This document shows positions 14,040 through 32,678 of a DNA stretch of 64,000 bases, piece by piece (positions within the stretch are counted from its first letter, which is position 1; every line of letters starts with the position of its first letter). The notes under the pieces are model-generated. The model was not told the origin of the DNA. It did no database searches and was given only the letters and a program-made list of their open reading frames with translations. Position numbers and translations under genes: made by a program. The DNA comes from the human T2T-CHM13v2.0 reference genome, Homo sapiens: NCBI RefSeq assembly GCF_009914755.1, contig NC_060930.1; one strand, given 5' to 3'.

Positions 14040-15662
14040 TGAAATGAACAATATTGACAAACTTTTAGCTAGATTACTAAAAAAAGAGACAAGACTCAAA
14101 TAAATAAAATCAGAAATGAAAAAGAAGATATAACAACTAAGACAACAGAAATACAAAGAGACTGTTATAAAAAATTACTTGCAAACAAATTCGATAAGCT
14201 ACATGAAATGGCTACATTCCTAGACACATACAACCTACCAAGCCTGAATCATAAAGAAATGGAAAACCCAAACAGATCAATAATGAGAAAGGAGATTGAA
14301 TCAGTAAGAAAAATCTCCCATCAAAGAAAAGCCTAGACCTTATTTCTTCACTACTGAATTTTATCAACTTAGAGAATACTCAATCTAATAAAAATTATTC
14401 TCACCTCCTTCCAAAAAAGTGAAAAGAATGCTTCCAAACTCATTTTAGGAGGCCAACATCACCCTGATACCAAAGCCAGAAAAGGGTACTACAAAAAAAG
14501 AAAATTACAGACCAAATTCCCTTATGAATATAGATGCAAAAACATAACAAGATACTAACAAACTTAATTCAACAGCACATTGAAAGAATCATTCACCACA
14601 TTAAAGTGGGATTAATTCCAAGGATGCAATGATTGGTCAACCTGTGCAAATATATAAATGTGATATACCACATTAACATAATGAAGGACAAAATGTATGA
14701 CAATTTAAATGGATACCGATAAAACATTTAAGCATTTAACAAAATTCAACATATTTTATGATAATAACTCTCAGAAAGGTATGTATAAAAAGAATGTACC
14801 TCAACATAATGTTATATATGACAAACCCACAGCTAACATCACACTCAGTGGTAAAAAGTTGAAACCATTTTTTTCTAAGATCAAGACAAGGATGCTCACT
14901 CTTGCCACATCTAATCAACATAATATTGGAGGTCTTAGCTATAACAATGAAGTGAGAGAAAAAATAAAAGGCACGAGGAAGTTAAATTGTTGCTGTTCAC
15001 AGAATTCACCAAAAAACAATTAAAACTAATAAATGAATTGAGTAAAGTTTCAGGATGTGAAAATGAGTAGCATTTCTATACCTAAGAGTGAACTATATTA
15101 AAAAAAGAAATTTAAAAATTACATTTACAATGGCTTCAAAAAATGATATAATTATGAATAGATTGCAATCTAAAAATCTTTAGCATAATAAAGAAAATGA
15201 TCAACAAAGTGGAAACACAACTTACAGAATGAGAGTAAAGTTTACAAACTATACATCTGATGAGGGCTAATACCCAAATTACATAAGGAACTTAAATAGC
15301 TCAATAGCCAGGAAATAACCCTATTAAGAAATGGGCAAAGGACTTGAAAAGACTTTTGTCAAAAATATACGCAAATAGCAAGCAGATATATGAAAAAAAC
15401 GCTTAACATCATTAATCATCAGGAAAATGCTAACAAAAAGCATAATGAGATATTACCTCACATTTGTGAAAATGGTTTTTATCAAAAAAACAAAAGATAA
15501 CAAGTGTTGGTAAGAATGTAGAGAAAACAGAACACTGCTCTGTTTTCAATGCATTGTTGGTAATAATATTAGTATGGCCATTGTGAAAAAGCAATATAAA
15601 GGTTTTCTCAAAAAAAAAAAATAGGATTACCATGTGATCCAGCAATGCCACTACTAGATATA
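14040..15662 (+). mobile_element. L1MA ORF2 (left part, internally deleted); resumes at 26242
   Basis: Degenerate ORF2 peptides ([28 protein letters not shown]). Ends gatccagcaatgccactactagatata at the MER2 insertion. Confidence 0.88.
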
Positions 15663-15944
15663 CAGTCATCCCTCAGTATCTGTGGATATTTGATTCTGAG
15701 ATCCCCATGGATACTAAAATATACAGATATTCAAGTCCCTTATAAACATGATATAATATTTGCATATAACCTGAACACATATTTTCACATACTTTAATGA
15801 TCTCTAGATTACTTATAATACCTAACACAATGTAAATGTTATGTAAATAGTTGTTATACTCTATTGTTTAGGGAATAATGACAAGAAAGAAACGTCTGTA
15901 TGAATTTAGTGCAGACACAATTATCTTTTTTTCTGAATATTTTC
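15663..15944 (+). mobile_element. MER2 (TcMar-Tigger), left part
   Basis: TA-cagtcatccctcagtatc...tctctagattacttataatacctaacacaatgtaaatg...gggaataatgacaagaaa...ttctgaatattttc. Confidence 0.9.
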
Positions 15945-17209
15945 TTTTTTTCCAACCTTTATTGTAGGTTCCTGGGTGGAAGTGCAGGTTTGTTATATGG
16001 GTAAGTTGCAGGTCATGGGGATCTGTTGTACAGATAATTTTATCACCCAGGTAATAAGCATAGTGCCTGATCGGTAGCTTTTTGATCCTCACCTTCCTCC
16101 CACCCTCCACCCACAACTAGGCCGCAGTGTCTATTATTTCTTTCTTTGTGTGAATGTGTACTCAATGTTTAGCTCCCACTAATAAGTGAGAGCATGTAGT
16201 ATTTGGTTTTATGTTCCTGTGTTAATTTGGTTAGGATAATGGCCTCCAGTTTCATTCATGTTTCTGCACAGGACATCGTCTCATTCTTTTTTTATGGTTG
16301 TATAGTAATCCATGGTGTATATATATCAGGTTTTCTTTATCCAGTTCACCATTGATGGGCAATTACATTGATTCCATGTCTTTGCTGTAATGAATAGCAC
16401 TGCAGTGAACATTTGTGTACATGTGTCTTCATGGTAGAATGATTTGTATTCCACTGAAAATAAATCCCAGTAATGGGATTTATGGGTCAAATGGAAATTC
16501 TGTTTTAAGTTCTTTGAGAACCGTCCAATGTGCTTTCCACAGTGGCTGAACTAGTTTACATTCTACCAGCAGTATATAAATATTTCCTTTTCTAGACAAC
16601 CTCGTCAGCATTTTTTTTCTGTTTTGACTTTTTAATAATAGCCATTCTGACTAGTATGAGATGGTATCTCATTGTGATCTTGATTTGCATTCTTTTAATG
16701 ATTAGTGATGTTGAGTATCACTTTATATGCATTTTGGCCATACGTATGTCTTCTTTTAAGCGGTATTTGTTCATGTCTTTTGCCCATTTTTTAATAGAAT
16801 TGTTTGTTTGTTGCTTGTTGATTTGTTTAAGTTTCTTATAGATTCTGGATATTAGATCTTTGTTGGATGCATACTTTGAAAATATTTTTTCCATTCTGTA
16901 GCTTGTCTGCTTACTCTGTTGATAGTTTCTTTTGCTGTGCAGAAGCTCTTTAGTCATTAAAGTCCCATTTGTCAATGTTTGTTTTTGTGACAATTGTTTT
17001 TGGTGTTTTTGTCATGAAATTATTGCCAAGGCATATGCCCAAAATGGTATTCCCTAGGTTTACTTCTAGGATTCTTACAGTTTTAGACTATATATTTAAG
17101 TCTTTAATCAATCTTGAGTTGATTTTTGTATATGGTAAAAGGAAAGAGCCTGGTTTCAATCATTTGCATATGGTTAGCCAGTTTTCCCAGCAACATTTAA
17201 TAAGGAATC

Positions 17210-19515
17210 TGTATTAGTCCATTCTCATGCTGCTGTGAAGAAATACCTGAGACTGGGTAATTTACGAAGGAAATGGGTTTAATTGACTCATAAATCCACA
17301 GGCCTGGAGAGGCCTCAGGAAACGTACAATCATGGCGGAAGGGGAGTCAAACATCATTTTTCACATGGCAGCAGCGGAAGTGCCAAACACAAGGGGGAAA
17401 AGCCATCATATCTTGTGAGAGGTCACTCACTATCACAAGCACAGCATGAGAGTTACCACCCCCACGATTAAATTACCTCCCACCAAGTCCCTCCCATGAC
17501 ATGTGGAGATTGTGGTAACCACAATTCAAGATGAGATTTGGGTGGAGACACAGCCAAACCAAACTATTTCACCCTTGGCCCTTCCCAAATCTCATGTCCT
17601 CACATTTCAAACATAATCATGCCCTTCCAACAGTCCCCCAAAGTCTTAACTCATTCGATCATTAACTCAAAAGTCCAAGTCCAAAGTCTCATCTGACACA
17701 AGGCAAGTCCCTTCCACTTATGAGCCTGTAAAATCACAAGCAAGTTAGTTACTTCCTAGATACAAAGGGGTACAGACATTGGGTAAATACACCCATTCCA
17801 AATGGGAGAAATTGACCAAAACAAAGGCCATGCAACTCCAAAATCCAATAGGGAAGTCACTAAACCTTAAAGTTCCAAAATTATTTCCTTTGATTCCATG
17901 TCACACATCCAGATCACACAGATGCAAGAGGTGGGGTCGCACAGCCTTGGGCAGCTCTGCCCCTGTGGCTTTGCAGGGTAAAGCTCCCCTCCTGGCTGCT
18001 TTCGCAGCCTGGTGTTGAGTGTCTGTGGCTTTTCCAGGTGCACAGTGCAAGCTGTTGGTGGATCTACCATTCTGGGGTCTGGAGGATGGTGGCCTTCTTC
18101 TCACAGCTCCAGTAGGCAGTGCCCCAGTAGGGACTCTGTGCGGGGGCTTGGACCCCACATTTCCCTCCTGCACTCCCCTAGCAGAGGTTCTTAATGAGGG
18201 CTCTGCCCCTGCAGCAAACTTCTGCTTGGACCTCTGGGCATTTCCACACATCTTCTGAAATCTAGGTGGAGGTTCCCAAACATCAATTCTTGACTTCTGT
18301 GTACACACAGGCCCAACAACACATGTAAACCACCAAGGCTTGGGTCTTGCACCCTCTGAAGCAATAGCCTAAGCTGTACTTGGCCCCTTTTAGCCACGGC
18401 TGGATCTGAAGCAGCTGAGACACAAGGCACCATGTCCCAAGGCTGCGTAGAGAAAGGGGGCCTTGGGTCCTGTCCATGAAGCCATTTTTCCCCACAGGCC
18501 TTCAGGCCTGTGATGGGAGGGACTTCTGTGAAAACCCCCAACATTCCCTGGAGACATTTTTCCCATTGTCTTGGTGATTAACGTTCAGCTCATCATTACT
18601 TATGCAAATTTCTGCAGCCAGCTTAAATTTCTGTCTAGAAAATGGGGTTTTATTTTCTGTCATATTGTCAGACTGCAAATTTTTCAATCATTATGCTCTG
18701 CCTCCTCTCGAATGATTTGCCACTTAGAAATTTCTCCTGCCAGATACCCCAAATCATCTCTCTGACGTTCAAAGTTAGATCTCTAGGGCAGGGGCAAAAT
18801 GCTGCCAGTCTCTTCACATAGCAAGAGTGACCTTTATTCCAGTTCAAGAAAAGTTCCTCATCTTCATCTGAGACCACCTCAGCCTGGACATCTTTGTCCA
18901 CATCATTATCTGCATTTTGGTCAAAGCCATTCAACAAGTCTCTAGGAATTTCCAAACTTTCCCACATCTTCCTGTCTTCTAAGCCTTCCAAGTCTCTAGT
19001 AAGTTCCAAACTTTCCCAGATTTGCCTGTCTTCTTCTGAGCCCTCCAAATGGTTCCAACCTCTGCCTGTTACACAGTTCCCAAATTATTTCCACATTTTC
19101 AAGTATCTTTACAGCTGTGCCCCACTCTGTGGTACAAATTTATGGTATTAGTTTGTTCTCATACTATGAAGAAATACCTGAGACTGGGTAATTTATAAAG
19201 GAAAGAGGTTTAATTGACTCACAGTTCCACAGTACTGGGGAGGCCTCAGGAAACTTACAATCATAGTGGAAGGGGAAGCAAACACATTCTTCTTTGCATG
19301 GTGACAGCAAGGAAAAATGTTGAGTAAAATGGGAGAAAGCCACTTATAAAACCATGGGATCTTGTGAGAATTCACTCACTATCATGAGAACAGCATGAGA
19401 GTAACCACCCCCATGATTAAATTACCTCCAACCAAGTCCTTCCCATGACACATGGGGATTATGGGAACTATTACTCAGTATGAGATTTGGGTAGAAACAT
19501 GACCAAACTGTATCA
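17210..19515 (-). mobile_element. Complete THE1 (C/D-like) MaLR element: LTR-internal-LTR
   Basis: LTRs at about 17210-17565 and 19145-19515 (aagaaatacctgagactgggtaattt in both), THE1 internal sequence between them, and a perfect 5-bp TSD GAATC (17205-17209, 19516-19520). Confidence 0.93.
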
Positions 19516-22189
19516 GAATCCATTCCCCATTGCTTGTTTTTGTGACTTGGTTGAAGATTAAATGGCTGTAGGTTAGTGGCTTTATTTCTGTGTTCTATAA
19601 TCTGTTTCATTAGTCTGTTTGATTTTGCATGAATCCATACTCTTTTGTTTACTGTAGCCTTGTAGTGTAGTTTGAAGTCAGATAGTGTAATAGCTTTGTC
19701 TTTTGTTTGTTTGCTTTGGATTTTGTTTTTTGTTTTTGATTTTGATATTTGTTTTTGTTTTTGCTTAGAAGTGCTTTGGCCATTTAGGCTCTTTTTTGGT
19801 TCAGTATGAATTCGAGACTAGTTTTTTTTTTTCTAATTCTGTGAAAAACTGGGAGTTTGATAGGAATAGCATTGAATCTTTAAATTCTTTGGGGCAGTAT
19901 GGCCATTGTAACAATATTGATTCTTCCTGTCCATGTGCATGGGATGTTTTTCTATTTGTTTGTGGTATATCTGATTTCTTTCATCAGTGGTTTTTAAATC
20001 TAGTTGTGGTGATCTTTCAGCTCCCTTGTTAGTACTCTAGGTATTTTATTCTATTTTTTTGTGGCTATCATAAGTGGGACTGTGTTCTTGACATGGCTCT
20101 CAGCTTGGATGCTGTTGGTGTATAGAAATGCTACTGATTTTTGTACACTGATTTTGTATCCTGAAACTTTCCTGAAGTTTTTTTCAAATCTAGGGGCTTT
20201 TGGGCAGAGACTGGGGTTTTGTAGGCATAAAATTATGTCCTTGGCAAAGAGAGATAGGTTGACTTCCTCTCTTCCTATTCGGATGCCTTTTATATTTTAT
20301 CTTGCCTGATTGCTCTGTCTAGGACTTCCAGTACTATGTTAAATAGAATAGACAAGTGGGCATCCTTGTCTTATTCCAGTTCTTAAGGGGAATGTTTCCA
20401 GCTTTTCCCCGTTCAGTATAATGTTGGCTGTGGGTTTCTCATAGATGGCTCTTATTATTTTGAGGTATGTTCCTTCAATGCCTAGTTTCTTGAGGGTTTT
20501 TAATGTAAAGGGATATTTAATTTAATCAAACTCTTTCATGCATCTGTAGAGAAAATCATGTGGTTTTTATTTTTAGTTCTGTTTATGTGATGAATTACAT
20601 TTATTGATTTGCATATGTTGAGCCAACCATGCATTCCAGGTATAAAGCCTACTTGATTGTACTGAATTAGCTTTTTGATGTGCTGTTGGATTCAGTTTGC
20701 TAGTATTCTGTTAAGAAATTTTGCATATATGTTTCTCAGGAATACTGGCCTGAAGTTTTCCTTTTTGGTTGTGACTTTGCCAGGTTTTGGTATCAGAATA
20801 ATGCTGCTTACATAGAATGAGTTAGGGAGGAGTTCCCCTTTCTTAATTTTTGGAATAATTTCAGTAGGCTTAGTACCAGTTATTTTTTATATGTCTGGTA
20901 GAGTTTGGCTCTGAATCCATATGTCCCAGGGATTTTCTGGTTCATCACTAATTCAATTTTAGAACTAGTTATTAGTCCATACAGGGTTTTAATTTCTCAT
21001 TTTTGTAAATTGATTTTGTATCCTGAAACATTACTGAAGTTATTTATCAGATCTATGAGCTTTTAGGAAGAAACTAAGGAGTTTTATAGCTATAAAATCA
21101 TATATTTGGCAAAGATAGATAGTTTAACTTCCTCTCAATCTTGGAAGGTTTAATCTTGGGATTGAATCTTGATTCAGTCTTGAGAGGTTGCATGTTTCCA
21201 GGAATTTATTCATTTCTTCTAGGTTTTCTAGTTTCTGTTCAAAGAAGTGTTTGTAATAGCCTCTGAGGATTTTTTTGTTTTTATTTTTGTTTTTGGTATT
21301 TTTGTGATGATGTCACCTTTATCAATTCTAATTGTTTTTATTTGGATCTTCTTTTTTTTCTTTATCAATTTAGCTAGCAATTTATCAAACTTATTTATTC
21401 TTTGGGAGAAACAACTTTTGGTTTTCTTGATCCGTTATATGTTTTTTCTCATCTTAATTTGATTCAGTTCAGCTCAGCTCTGATTTCAGTTATTCACTTT
21501 TTTCTGATAGCTGTGAAGTACTTTGGTTTGACTTATTTTTCTAGTTCCTCTAGGTGAGATATTAGATTCTTAATTTGAGATACTTCTTAACTTTTTGATA
21601 TGGGCACTTAACACTATAAACTTTCCTCTTAACACTGCCTTAGCTGGGTCCCAGAGATTCTGATATCTTGTATCTTTGTTTTCATTAGTTTCAAATAATT
21701 TATTGATTTCAGACTTAATTTTATTATTTACACAGAAATCATTCAGGAGCTGGTTTTGTAATTTCCATGTAATCCTATGGTTTTGAGTATCTTCTTAGTA
21801 TTGATTTTTATTTTTATTGCACTGTGGTCCAAGACTGTAGTTGGTATAATTTTATTTTTTTTAATTTGTTGAGAACTGTTTTATGGCTGATCATGTGGTT
21901 GATTTTAGGTTATGTGTCACATGCAGAAGACAAGAATATGTATTGTTGTTGTTGGGTGGAGTGTTCTGTAGGTATCTGTTAGGACCATTTGGTCAAGTGT
22001 CAAGTTCATGTCCTAAATATCTTTGTTAGATTTCTGCCTTGATGATCTGTCTAGTATTGTCAGCATGGTGTTGAAGTCTTCTACTATTATTGTGTGGTTA
22101 TCTAAATACCTTTGTAGGTCTCTAAGAACTTGCTTTATGAATCTGGTGCTCCTGTGTTGGGTGCATATACATTTAGGATTGTTAAGTCT

Positions 22190-24047
<1,858 letters not shown>

Positions 24048-25761
24048 TGTTAAGTCTTTTTACATTGAACCCTTTATCATTATGTAATGTCCTTCTTTGT
24101 CTTTTTTGATCATTGTTGTTTCAAAGTCTGTTTTGTTTGAAATTAGTATAGAAACACCTGCTCTTTTTTGTTTTCCATTTGCCAGGTAGATTTTTCTCCA
24201 TCCCTTTAGTTTGAGTCTATGGGCTTCATTGCATGTGACATGAGTCTCTTGAAGACAACATAGAGTTGGGTCTTGGTTCGTTATCCAGCTTGCGACTCTG
24301 TGACTTTTAAGTGGGGCATTTAGCCCATTAATGTTCAAAGTTGGTGTGGATTTGGCCCTGTCATTATTTTTTTAGCTGGTTATTTTGCAGACTTGATTGT
24401 ATATTTGCTTTATGGGGTCAATGGCTTATGTACTTAAGTGTGTTTTTGTGGTAGCTAACAGTGGTCTTTCATTTCCATGTTTAGCACTCCATTATGGACC
24501 TCTTATAAGGCATGTCCAGTGGTAATAAATTTCCTTAGCATTTCTTTGTCTGAAAAAGGTCTGATTTCTCCTTCACTTTTGAAGATTAGTTTGGCTGGAT
24601 GTGAAATTCTTGGTTGGAATTTCTCTTTTTTAAGAATGTTGACTATAGACCCTCAATCTCTTCTAGTTTGTGCTGTTTTTGGTGAAAGGTACACTGTTAG
24701 TCTAATGGAATTCTGTTTGTAGGTGATGTGCCTCTTCTCTCTAACAGCTTTTAATACATTTTTTCTTTAACATGGACCTTGGAGATGACCATGTGTCTTG
24801 AAGATGGTCATCTTGTATAGTATCTCTGCATTTCCTGAATTTGAAAGTCAGCCTCTTTATTGAGGTTGGGGAAATTTTTGTGGACAGTATCCTCAAATAT
24901 GTTTTACAAGTTTCTTGCTTTTTGTTCCTCTATTTCAGGAACATCAATGAGTCCTAAGTTTGGTCTCTTTACATAAACTCACATTTCTTGGAGGTTTTGT
25001 TCATTCTTTTTAATTCTTTGCTTTTTATTCTGACTCGGTTCATTAAAAGAACTGGACTTCAAGCTCTGAGATTCTTTCCTCAACATGTTCTATTCTGTTG
25101 TTAATCCTTCTGATTGTCTAATGAAATTCTTGTAGTGAGCTTTCAATGTATCAGTTCAGTCTGGTTCTTTCTTAAAATTACTATTTAATCTTTCGGCTTT
25201 TGTACTGTTTTACTGGATTTCTTAAATCCCTTGGATTGAGTTTTGAAATTCTCCTGAATCTCGATGATCTTCCTTCTTATTTATATTCTAAATTCTACAC
25301 ATGTTTTTTCAGCCATTTCTGTCTGGTTAAAAACCATTGCTGGGGAAATAGTATGGTCACTTGTAGGTAAGAAGACACTCTGGCTTTTTGAGTTGTCAGC
25401 ATTATTATCTTGTTTCTTTCTTATTGTGGGGTGTGGGGGAGTGGGGCTGATGTTATTTTAATCTTTGAAGTAGCTGTTCTTTCTATAGGGTTTTTGATTT
25501 TATATTTTTTCACGACCTTGATGGGTTAACTGTGTTATAAGGTGGGTTCAGATGACAGGCTTCATTTCTGGAAGAGTGCAGGAGTCCAAGGCTCGGTTCA
25601 GCACTCCTGGGTTACATATTCTAATCCTACAGGGCTGGTACTATGCCCACGGCTTTGTTCTCCGGACACTTGTGGTTAAACACCTGCTGCCCTATAGTGG
25701 CTAGTGTTTTTCTGTTCCACTGGCAACAACATTCCAATAGGGAGGTGTTCCCACTTTTTGC

Positions 25762-26130
25762 TTTAGATTTCTTCCAAGATTATTGAAATGACCTTCAACA
25801 TTCTGGTCTTCTCATTCATTTCTTATAGAAACCATGTTCCTGAAGTTTTTCTGCATCACATCTCTATAGAGAATCTTCTGAGAAAAATTAATCAAATACT
25901 AGTCCTCCTCACCAAAGTTCACTGCCGCAACTTCAAAGTCCACTGAGTCCTCAATGTCCTTGCAGAAGTTCCAGAAATTAGGATCCCTGGGAACCATTTT
26001 GGCAAGTCCCTCCCATGCTTCCTCTGCAAAGAACTGCAGGGCACAGGGCAATGGAGGCTGTGGCAGAACCACTTGGGCCTCCCAAACTGAAGAAGAAGAA
26101 GGAGCAGTGGAAACTGACCAAGCAATAGAA
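25762..26130 (-). pseudogene. Processed (spliced) 5' fragment of a KRAB zinc-finger gene: exon-1 leader + KRAB-A + KRAB-C, fused to L1
   Basis: Minus-strand translation from ATG 25997: MVPRDPNFWNFCKDIE-DSVDFEVAAVNFGEED*YLINFSQKILYRDVMQKNFRNMVSI-RNE*EDQNVEGHFNNLGRNL. This aligns with the KRAB A+C pattern [62 protein letters not shown]. No introns are present. Confidence 0.9.
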
Positions 26131-26241
26131 TTCTGAATATTTTCAATCTGCAATTGGTTGAAACCATAGATGTGGAAACCACAATCTGCAATTGGTTGAA
26201 AAAACAGATATGGAAATCATGGTTACAGAGGGCCAACTCTA
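26131..26241 (+). mobile_element. MER2, right part
   Basis: ttctgaatattttcaatctgcaattggttgaa...acagagggccaactc-ta continues MER2 to its terminus. Confidence 0.85.
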
Positions 26242-26890
26242 CCAAAAGGATATCAGTATGTCAAAGAAATGTCTCCTTTTATATGTTCATTGCAACATTA
26301 TTCACAATAGCCAAGGTATGGAAATAACCAAGGCTCCCATCAAGGATGAATAAATGTAAAACTGTGGCATTTATGTGCAATGTAAAGAACATTAAATTAG
26401 CCTTTAAAAAGAGTAAAATTCTGTCATTTCCAACAACATGGATGAACCTGAAGGACATTATATTAAGGTAAATATACAGTGTGCAGAAAGACAAGTACTG
26501 CATGATCTCACTTGTCTGTGAAATCTTAAAATGTTGAGTCATGAAAGTATAAAGTAGAATAGTAGTTAACAGAAGTGGTGATGGGGAGTGAATGGAAGGC
26601 ACAGACAGAGAAAGGGGGCAAAGGTTCAGTTAGAAGAAAAAATTTCTAGTGATCTATTGCATAGCTGGTGACTATAGTTAATAATAATATATTACATATT
26701 TTAAACTTGTGAAAAGAGTAGATTGTAAATATTCTCACCACAAAAAACGATGGATATTTGAGGTGACAGATATGTTAATTCACCTAACTTGATCAATCTA
26801 CAATGTATGTGTTATTTCAATATCACATTGTACCCCATAAATATATATAATTATTATCTGTCAAATAAAATCAAGCAATTAAAAAAAAAA
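26242..26890 (+). mobile_element. L1MA 3' end (continuation of 14040-15662)
   Basis: ccaaaagga...atgttcattgcaacattattcacaatagcc...3'UTR and poly(A) at 26881-26890. Confidence 0.88.
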
Positions 26891-26999
26891 GAAGCCAGAG
26901 GAAATGAATACATATATTGGCATAGTTCAGAACCAAGGCTCTCTATGTGAGAGAAAGACATAGATAAGGGATGTAGGAAAGAAAGAAGCCTGTGAATGG

Positions 27000-27800
27000 T
27001 TTTGGACTTTGAAATTCCAACATGAATACAAGGCTTTCTTAGCTCTGATCACTGAAAGGGCCTAGAAGCAATACCAATGAACATTCAGTGCCCATGTTTT
27101 GGTTACCTATCACTAAACAGGAGGACAAGAGGAAAATTACTTGAGAAATGGTAGAGTCCCGGACTGGTTTCTGAAAAGTGCAAGTTAAAGTAAGCCCGGA
27201 ATACATTTTGGGCATGTAGTAGCAAGGAAATACTCTAAACCTGAAGAGGAAATATCACAGGACCAGAAGACAGCTTAAAGGAGTTTCTTCTGATGGCCCA
27301 ATCTAAAGCATCAAAAATAATAATTATATCAATGAAATATTACAAACTGAATGTGTGTGTATGTACATGCTTATATGCAGACATTTGTGCAAGTGCTTGT
27401 GTGTGTGTGTGTTTTAGGAAAAGCTGTTTTTCTAAAAAAGAATCATGTATAATTAATGTAGAAGGAATGATGGATTAAAAATTATCTCTTGGAAATCACA
27501 GAAGTAATCATTGATGTAGAAAGAAATCATCAGCTGATGCAAAAACTAATTGTTGGGAAACAAGATATTCACATAGTCTCCATGATTTCTTATTAATATA
27601 TTATTTATTAAAAATACAAAAAGATATGTCAACAATCAAGAAATCTGCCAGATGCCTCATTCAAGCCTTCGAAATTAAAAACTTCCAATATTAGAACACA
27701 TCGACACTTTCTGCTGCCTCCAATGACACTGAGAAAGACACATCACCTGTTTAATTTTATTCCCCAAAATATTTAACTTGATATGATAATAAAATGTAAT
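27000..27800 (+). mobile_element. L1MC/L1MD-type 3'UTR fragment (appears to resume at about 37295)
   Basis: gggcctagaagcaat...cttgagaaatgg...tgtagaaggaatgatgga; similar sequence resumes after the provirus. Confidence 0.5.
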
Positions 27801-27888
27801 GACGAGGTACTATGATGGTTAATATTGAGTGTCAACTAGATTGGATTGAAGAATGCAAAGTATTGAGTGAGTCTGTAAGGGTGTTTTC

Positions 27889-30601
<2,713 letters not shown>

Positions 30602-32343
30602 TGAGGGTGTTTTCAAAGGTGATTAACATTTCCGTCAATGGGCTGGGAAGGCAGATCCATCCTTAACTTGGGTGGGCACTATCTAATCAGCTGCTAGTGA
30701 GGCCAGGATACAAAGCAGGCAGAAAAAAAAATGTAAAAGCCGCAGTCTAGGAGGCTAGACTGGCTTAGCCTCCTAGCTTACATCTTGCTCCCGTGCTGGA
30801 TGCTTCCTGCCCTCAAACACCAGACTCCAAGTTCTTCAGCTTTGGGACTGAGACTGGATTCCTTGCTCTTCAGTTTGCAGACAGCCTGTTGTGGCACCTT
30901 TTAATCATGTGAGTTAATACTGCTTAATAAATTCCGCTTGAAACTGTATATGTGTGTGTATATATATGTATACATACCATATATACAGAGGAAATATATA
31001 TAAAGGATAAATATGATATATAAAGGATAAATATGATATATATATCCTATTAGTTCTGTTCCTCTAGAGAACCCTCACTAATACAGATTTTGGGAGCAGG
31101 AGTGGTTCTAGAGGAACAGAATATTAAGGATGGAGTATTTTCATTGGTTTTGGGGTTTCTGGAGTTGGCTGCTTAATATGATTAGACCCAAAAAAAGCTA
31201 AGGACTCTACTTCCAATAGCATGGAGAACACTGATAGTCCTTGGCATGAACTGTTTAAAGAGTTATGCAAAATAAATGCATTTGACAGTCTTGATTCACT
31301 GCTCATGAGAGGCAAGGAGTTTTGTGACTCTATACATAATACCTTTGACTTTACGTGGAAAGCCAAGGAACATAATGAAGTTGGTTGGTTGCTCCTAAGT
31401 TCACTGGACAAAGTGAGGAAAGAAAATTATGAACTCAGGGATTCTATCTCCTGGCTTCAGAAGCAGATACTGAGCCTCAAATCTGCTAAGATTGCCCTGA
31501 GGGAAAGTCTTATCACCTGTAGAGAAAGAGCTGAAATTGTGAAAAAAAAAAACAGACACAAGCTCTTATCGTGTGAGTGGCTAACCTGCAAGAAAAGGTG
31601 CATGCTCAGCCTCATCAGTTGTCTACTATTAAAGTGAAGGCATTGATTGGAAAAGAATGGGACCCTGCAACTTGGAATGGGGATGTGTGGGAGGGCCCTG
31701 ATGAAGCTGTGGACACTGAGCTTGTAAATTCTGATGAAACTTATTTTTGCCAGAAGAAACAGCTTTCCCATGCCTAGTAGTAGCAACCACCCCTCCCAGA
31801 CCTATGCTGCCATCAGCTTTTCCACCTTTGTCTGAGGGTATAAACCCTGTGCTGCCCGAGACAACAGTGGTGGCCTCCCCTGAGGCAGTTGCCAGGCAAG
31901 ACAATGTTGATTCTCCACAGGACCCACCCCCAACAGCCCTGTTTGCTTCTAGACCTATAACTAGACTAAAGTCCCAAATTTAATGTTGCAGCTTGAGGAG
32001 TTAAAAAAATGTCCTAATAGTTTATTTGCTTGTCTAGCTGAAATATGGATTAAATGGTGTCTCACTGCGAGTGAGCTTAAAATGCCTGATTTCCCTTGCT
32101 TTAATGTAGAGAAAGGGATGCAAAGGCTTAGGGATGTTGGGACATTGGAGTGGATTAGTCACTTTAGACCTATTCATCCCAGCTGGGAGGGTCCAGATGA
32201 TATACCCTTGACCAGTGCTTTGCAAAATAGATTTGTGAGGGCAACACCTGCATTTTTGAAGAGCCCTGTAATTGCTTTTATCTGTGCGTCAGATCCAACC
32301 ATGGGGACCACGGTCACACAACTACAAAATTTAAATACAATGG

Positions 32344-32635
32344 GGCTGGTCAAGGTAGCTTATGCCTATAATCTCAGCAGTTTGGGAGGATGAGGTGGGC
32401 AGATCATTTAAGATCAGGAGTTTGAGACCAGCCTGGCAATATGGTGAAACCTCATTTCTACTAAAAATACAAAAATTAGCCAGCCATGGTGGTGGGTGCC
32501 TATAATCCCAGCTACTTGGGAGGCTGAGGCAGGAGAATCACTTGAACCTGGGAGATGGAGTGCAAGTTGCAGTGATCCGAGATCACACCACTCCACTCAA
32601 GCCTGGGTGACAGATTGAGACTTTGTCTCAAAAAC

Positions 32636-32675
<40 letters not shown>
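32344..32675 (+). mobile_element. AluS inserted in HERV-L gag
   Basis: Alu dimer, (AAT)n tail, TSD atacaatggg. Confidence 0.92.

Positions 32676-32678
<3 letters not shown>

Noticed and set aside
15523-15547. Small hairpin gaaaacagaacactgctctgttttc in L1
   Set aside because: The short arms lie within a decayed repeat and have no functional support.
18935-19050. ~54-bp tandem duplication in the THE1 internal region
   Set aside because: As I recall, this duplication is common in THE1 internal sequences, so it is probably not locus-specific.
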